A stretch of 64,000 nucleotides of DNA from an uncultured Candidatus Rokubacteria bacterium (GTDB lineage: Bacteria > Methylomirabilota > Methylomirabilia > Rokubacteriales > DASRDR01), in assembly GCA_963708025.1 (NCBI GenBank), contig CAVPSB010000044.1, positions 1-64,000 of the forward strand. The letters run 5' to 3'. Positions 62,565-64,000 of this stretch are shown here, in pieces. A program made the position numbers and the translations under genes. A model generated the notes under the pieces. It was not told where the DNA came from. It worked only from the letters and a program-made list of their open reading frames with translations, and made no database searches. Within the stretch, counting starts at the first letter, position 1. Every line of letters starts with the position of its first letter.

Positions 62565-63595
62565 GCGGGGGGGTCGGTGACGCGGGCGCGCACGGCCGCG
62601 AGGACCTCGTCCACCGTGATGGCGCCCAGGCAGCGATGGTCGATCGCGCAGACTGGGCGGAAGCACGGCGCGCACGGCGGCCTGGACCACAGGGCAGCGT
62701 GACCCTGCCCAAGCGGCGCCGTGAGGCGGGGGTCGGTCGGCCCGAAGAGCGCGACGACCGGGACGCCCACCGCCGCCGCCACGTGGGCGGGGCCGCTGTC
62801 CGGCGCGACCAGCACGGCGAGCCCCTGGAGGAGTGCCGGCAGCAGGGCCGGATGATCCTGCCCCACCAGGCTTCGTGGGGTGCGCGACATGACGGCCGCG
62901 ACGGCCTCCAGGAGGCCACCCGCCGCCGGGCTGCCCAGGAAGACCGCCGGCGTTCCTTCGCCTTCCAGCGTCGTGGCCAGCGAGGCCAGACGCTCCGGGG
63001 GCCACAGCTTCGACGGCCCGAAGGCGGCGCCGAGCTGGATCCCGACCGCGCGGGTCCCGGCGCCGATTCCGATCCGCTCGAGCAGGGCGCGGGCTTCGGC
63101 CCGCCGGGCGGGCGTGACGAGGAGCGTCGGCGGACCGGCCGGTTGGGCGAGGCCAAGCGGACGCAGGAGGTCGAGGTAGAGCGCCACCTGGTGGCGCCGC
63201 TCGCCGGACGGCGGCAGGGTGTGCGTCAGGAGCGGGGCTCGACCGTCTCCGGCGTAGCCGATGCGGACGCGAGCCCCGGCCAGCCAGGCGTGAAGCGCCG
63301 CCTCGAACGAGTTGGGGAGCAGGACGGCCAGGTCGATCCCGGCGCGACGAAGCGCGCCGGCCAGGCGCCAGCGCGCCGGCCACCCGCGTGGATGGACGAG
63401 GCGCCGGTCGATGCCCGGCTCCGCTTCCAAAACCGTCGCAACCCAGGGGCCGAGGACCCACAGCTCGGCGCCCGGCAGCGCCCGCCGGATCGCCCGGACG
63501 GTCGGGACCGCCATCACCGTGTCGCCGAGCCAGTTCGGCGCCCGGAGGAGCACCCGCCGGATCGCGTCCGTGTGGATGTCCGGCCCGGCGGTCAT
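62561..63595 (-). CDS. waaF: GT9 heptosyltransferase II
   Basis: RAPNWLGDTVMA, LLPNSF, GAAFGPSKLW, DSGPAHVAAA, CAPCF. Confidence 0.9.
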   Translation of the reverse strand: MTAGPDIHTDAIRRVLLRAPNWLGDTVMAVPTVRAIRRALPGAELWVLGPWVATVLEAEPGIDRRLVHPRGWPARWRLAGALRRAGIDLAVLLPNSFEAALHAWLAGARVRIGYAGDGRAPLLTHTLPPSGERRHQVALYLDLLRPLGLAQPAGPPTLLVTPARRAEARALLERIGIGAGTRAVGIQLGAAFGPSKLWPPERLASLATTLEGEGTPAVFLGSPAAGGLLEAVAAVMSRTPRSLVGQDHPALLPALLQGLAVLVAPDSGPAHVAAAVGVPVVALFGPTDPRLTAPLGQGHAALWSRPPCAPCFRPVCAIDHRCLGAITVDEVLAAVRARVTDPPA

Positions 63596-64000
63596 CGCGG
63601 GGCGAGGCACGCCTCGAGGGCGCGCCACCAGGCGCCGCCCGGGTCGTCGAGCCGCAGCCGCACGCGCAGGGCGTGGACGGGCAGCGCGCCGGGGTCCGGG
63701 AGGCGCACGGCGTCCTTTTCCGTGGTCAGGAGCCGCTCGGCGCCGACGGCGCGCGCTCGCACCTCGAGCCCGGCGAGGTCCGCCGCCGTGTACGGGTGAT
63801 GGTCGGGAAACGCGACGAAGTCGCGGGGCACCACCGCGAGGCCCGCCAGCGTCGCGGCGAAGCGCTCCGGCATCGCGATGCCGGCGAACGCGAGGAGTGG
63901 ATGCGTGCGGAGCGACTCGATCGGCCCAACCGTTCCCGTCTGCGGGTCCAGGACCGACTCCGGCTCGTACGTCGCCCACGCGATCGGCGCTCTCGGCGCG
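63592..64000 (-). CDS. lpxK: Tetraacyldisaccharide 4'-kinase (3' part; starts outside the window)
   Basis: AFAGIAMPERF, FPDHHPY, LLTTEKDAVRL. Confidence 0.9.
   Translation of the reverse strand, partial: APRAPIAWATYEPESVLDPQTGTVGPIESLRTHPLLAFAGIAMPERFAATLAGLAVVPRDFVAFPDHHPYTAADLAGLEVRARAVGAERLLTTEKDAVRLPDPGALPVHALRVRLRLDDPGGAWWRALEACLAPR

Overview
Very GC-rich bacterial window with two parts. Gene content and style suggest Candidatus Rokubacteria/Methylomirabilota, but that is inference only. (1) About 1-23510 is a decaying accessory region. It holds a HAD hydrolase locus with a sigma-54 promoter and a frameshifted FhlA-like activator, an orphan tRNA-Gly 3' half flanked by integrase arm-like repeats, four toxin-antitoxin pairs, and an XRE-HTH/tyrosine-integrase fusion ending 16 bp before tRNA-Arg(CCT). 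It also holds a broken pyruvate kinase, Pal, a PaaK-like/adenylation/carrier fusion protein, a PG-binding GH19 hydrolase, a frameshifted GH13, two rve-type IS elements and several solo IS right ends. (2) About 23528-64000 is minus-strand core genome: lpxK and LPS heptose/KDO genes, trpS-scpAB-rluB, pheA-hisC-tyrA-aroA-cmk-plsC-rpsA-sppA-ihfB, mutSL-miaA-hflX, der, ihfA-merR, surE-pcm, two tRNA-Pro and a group-2 sigma factor. The most unusual signals are in the core part: palindromic inserts at stop/start junctions that end in CGAA|TGA and rebuild the next gene's start codon, a modular covarying repeat placed right after TAG stops, and a 63-bp hairpin array with synonymous compensatory changes encoding a MutS N-terminal extension.
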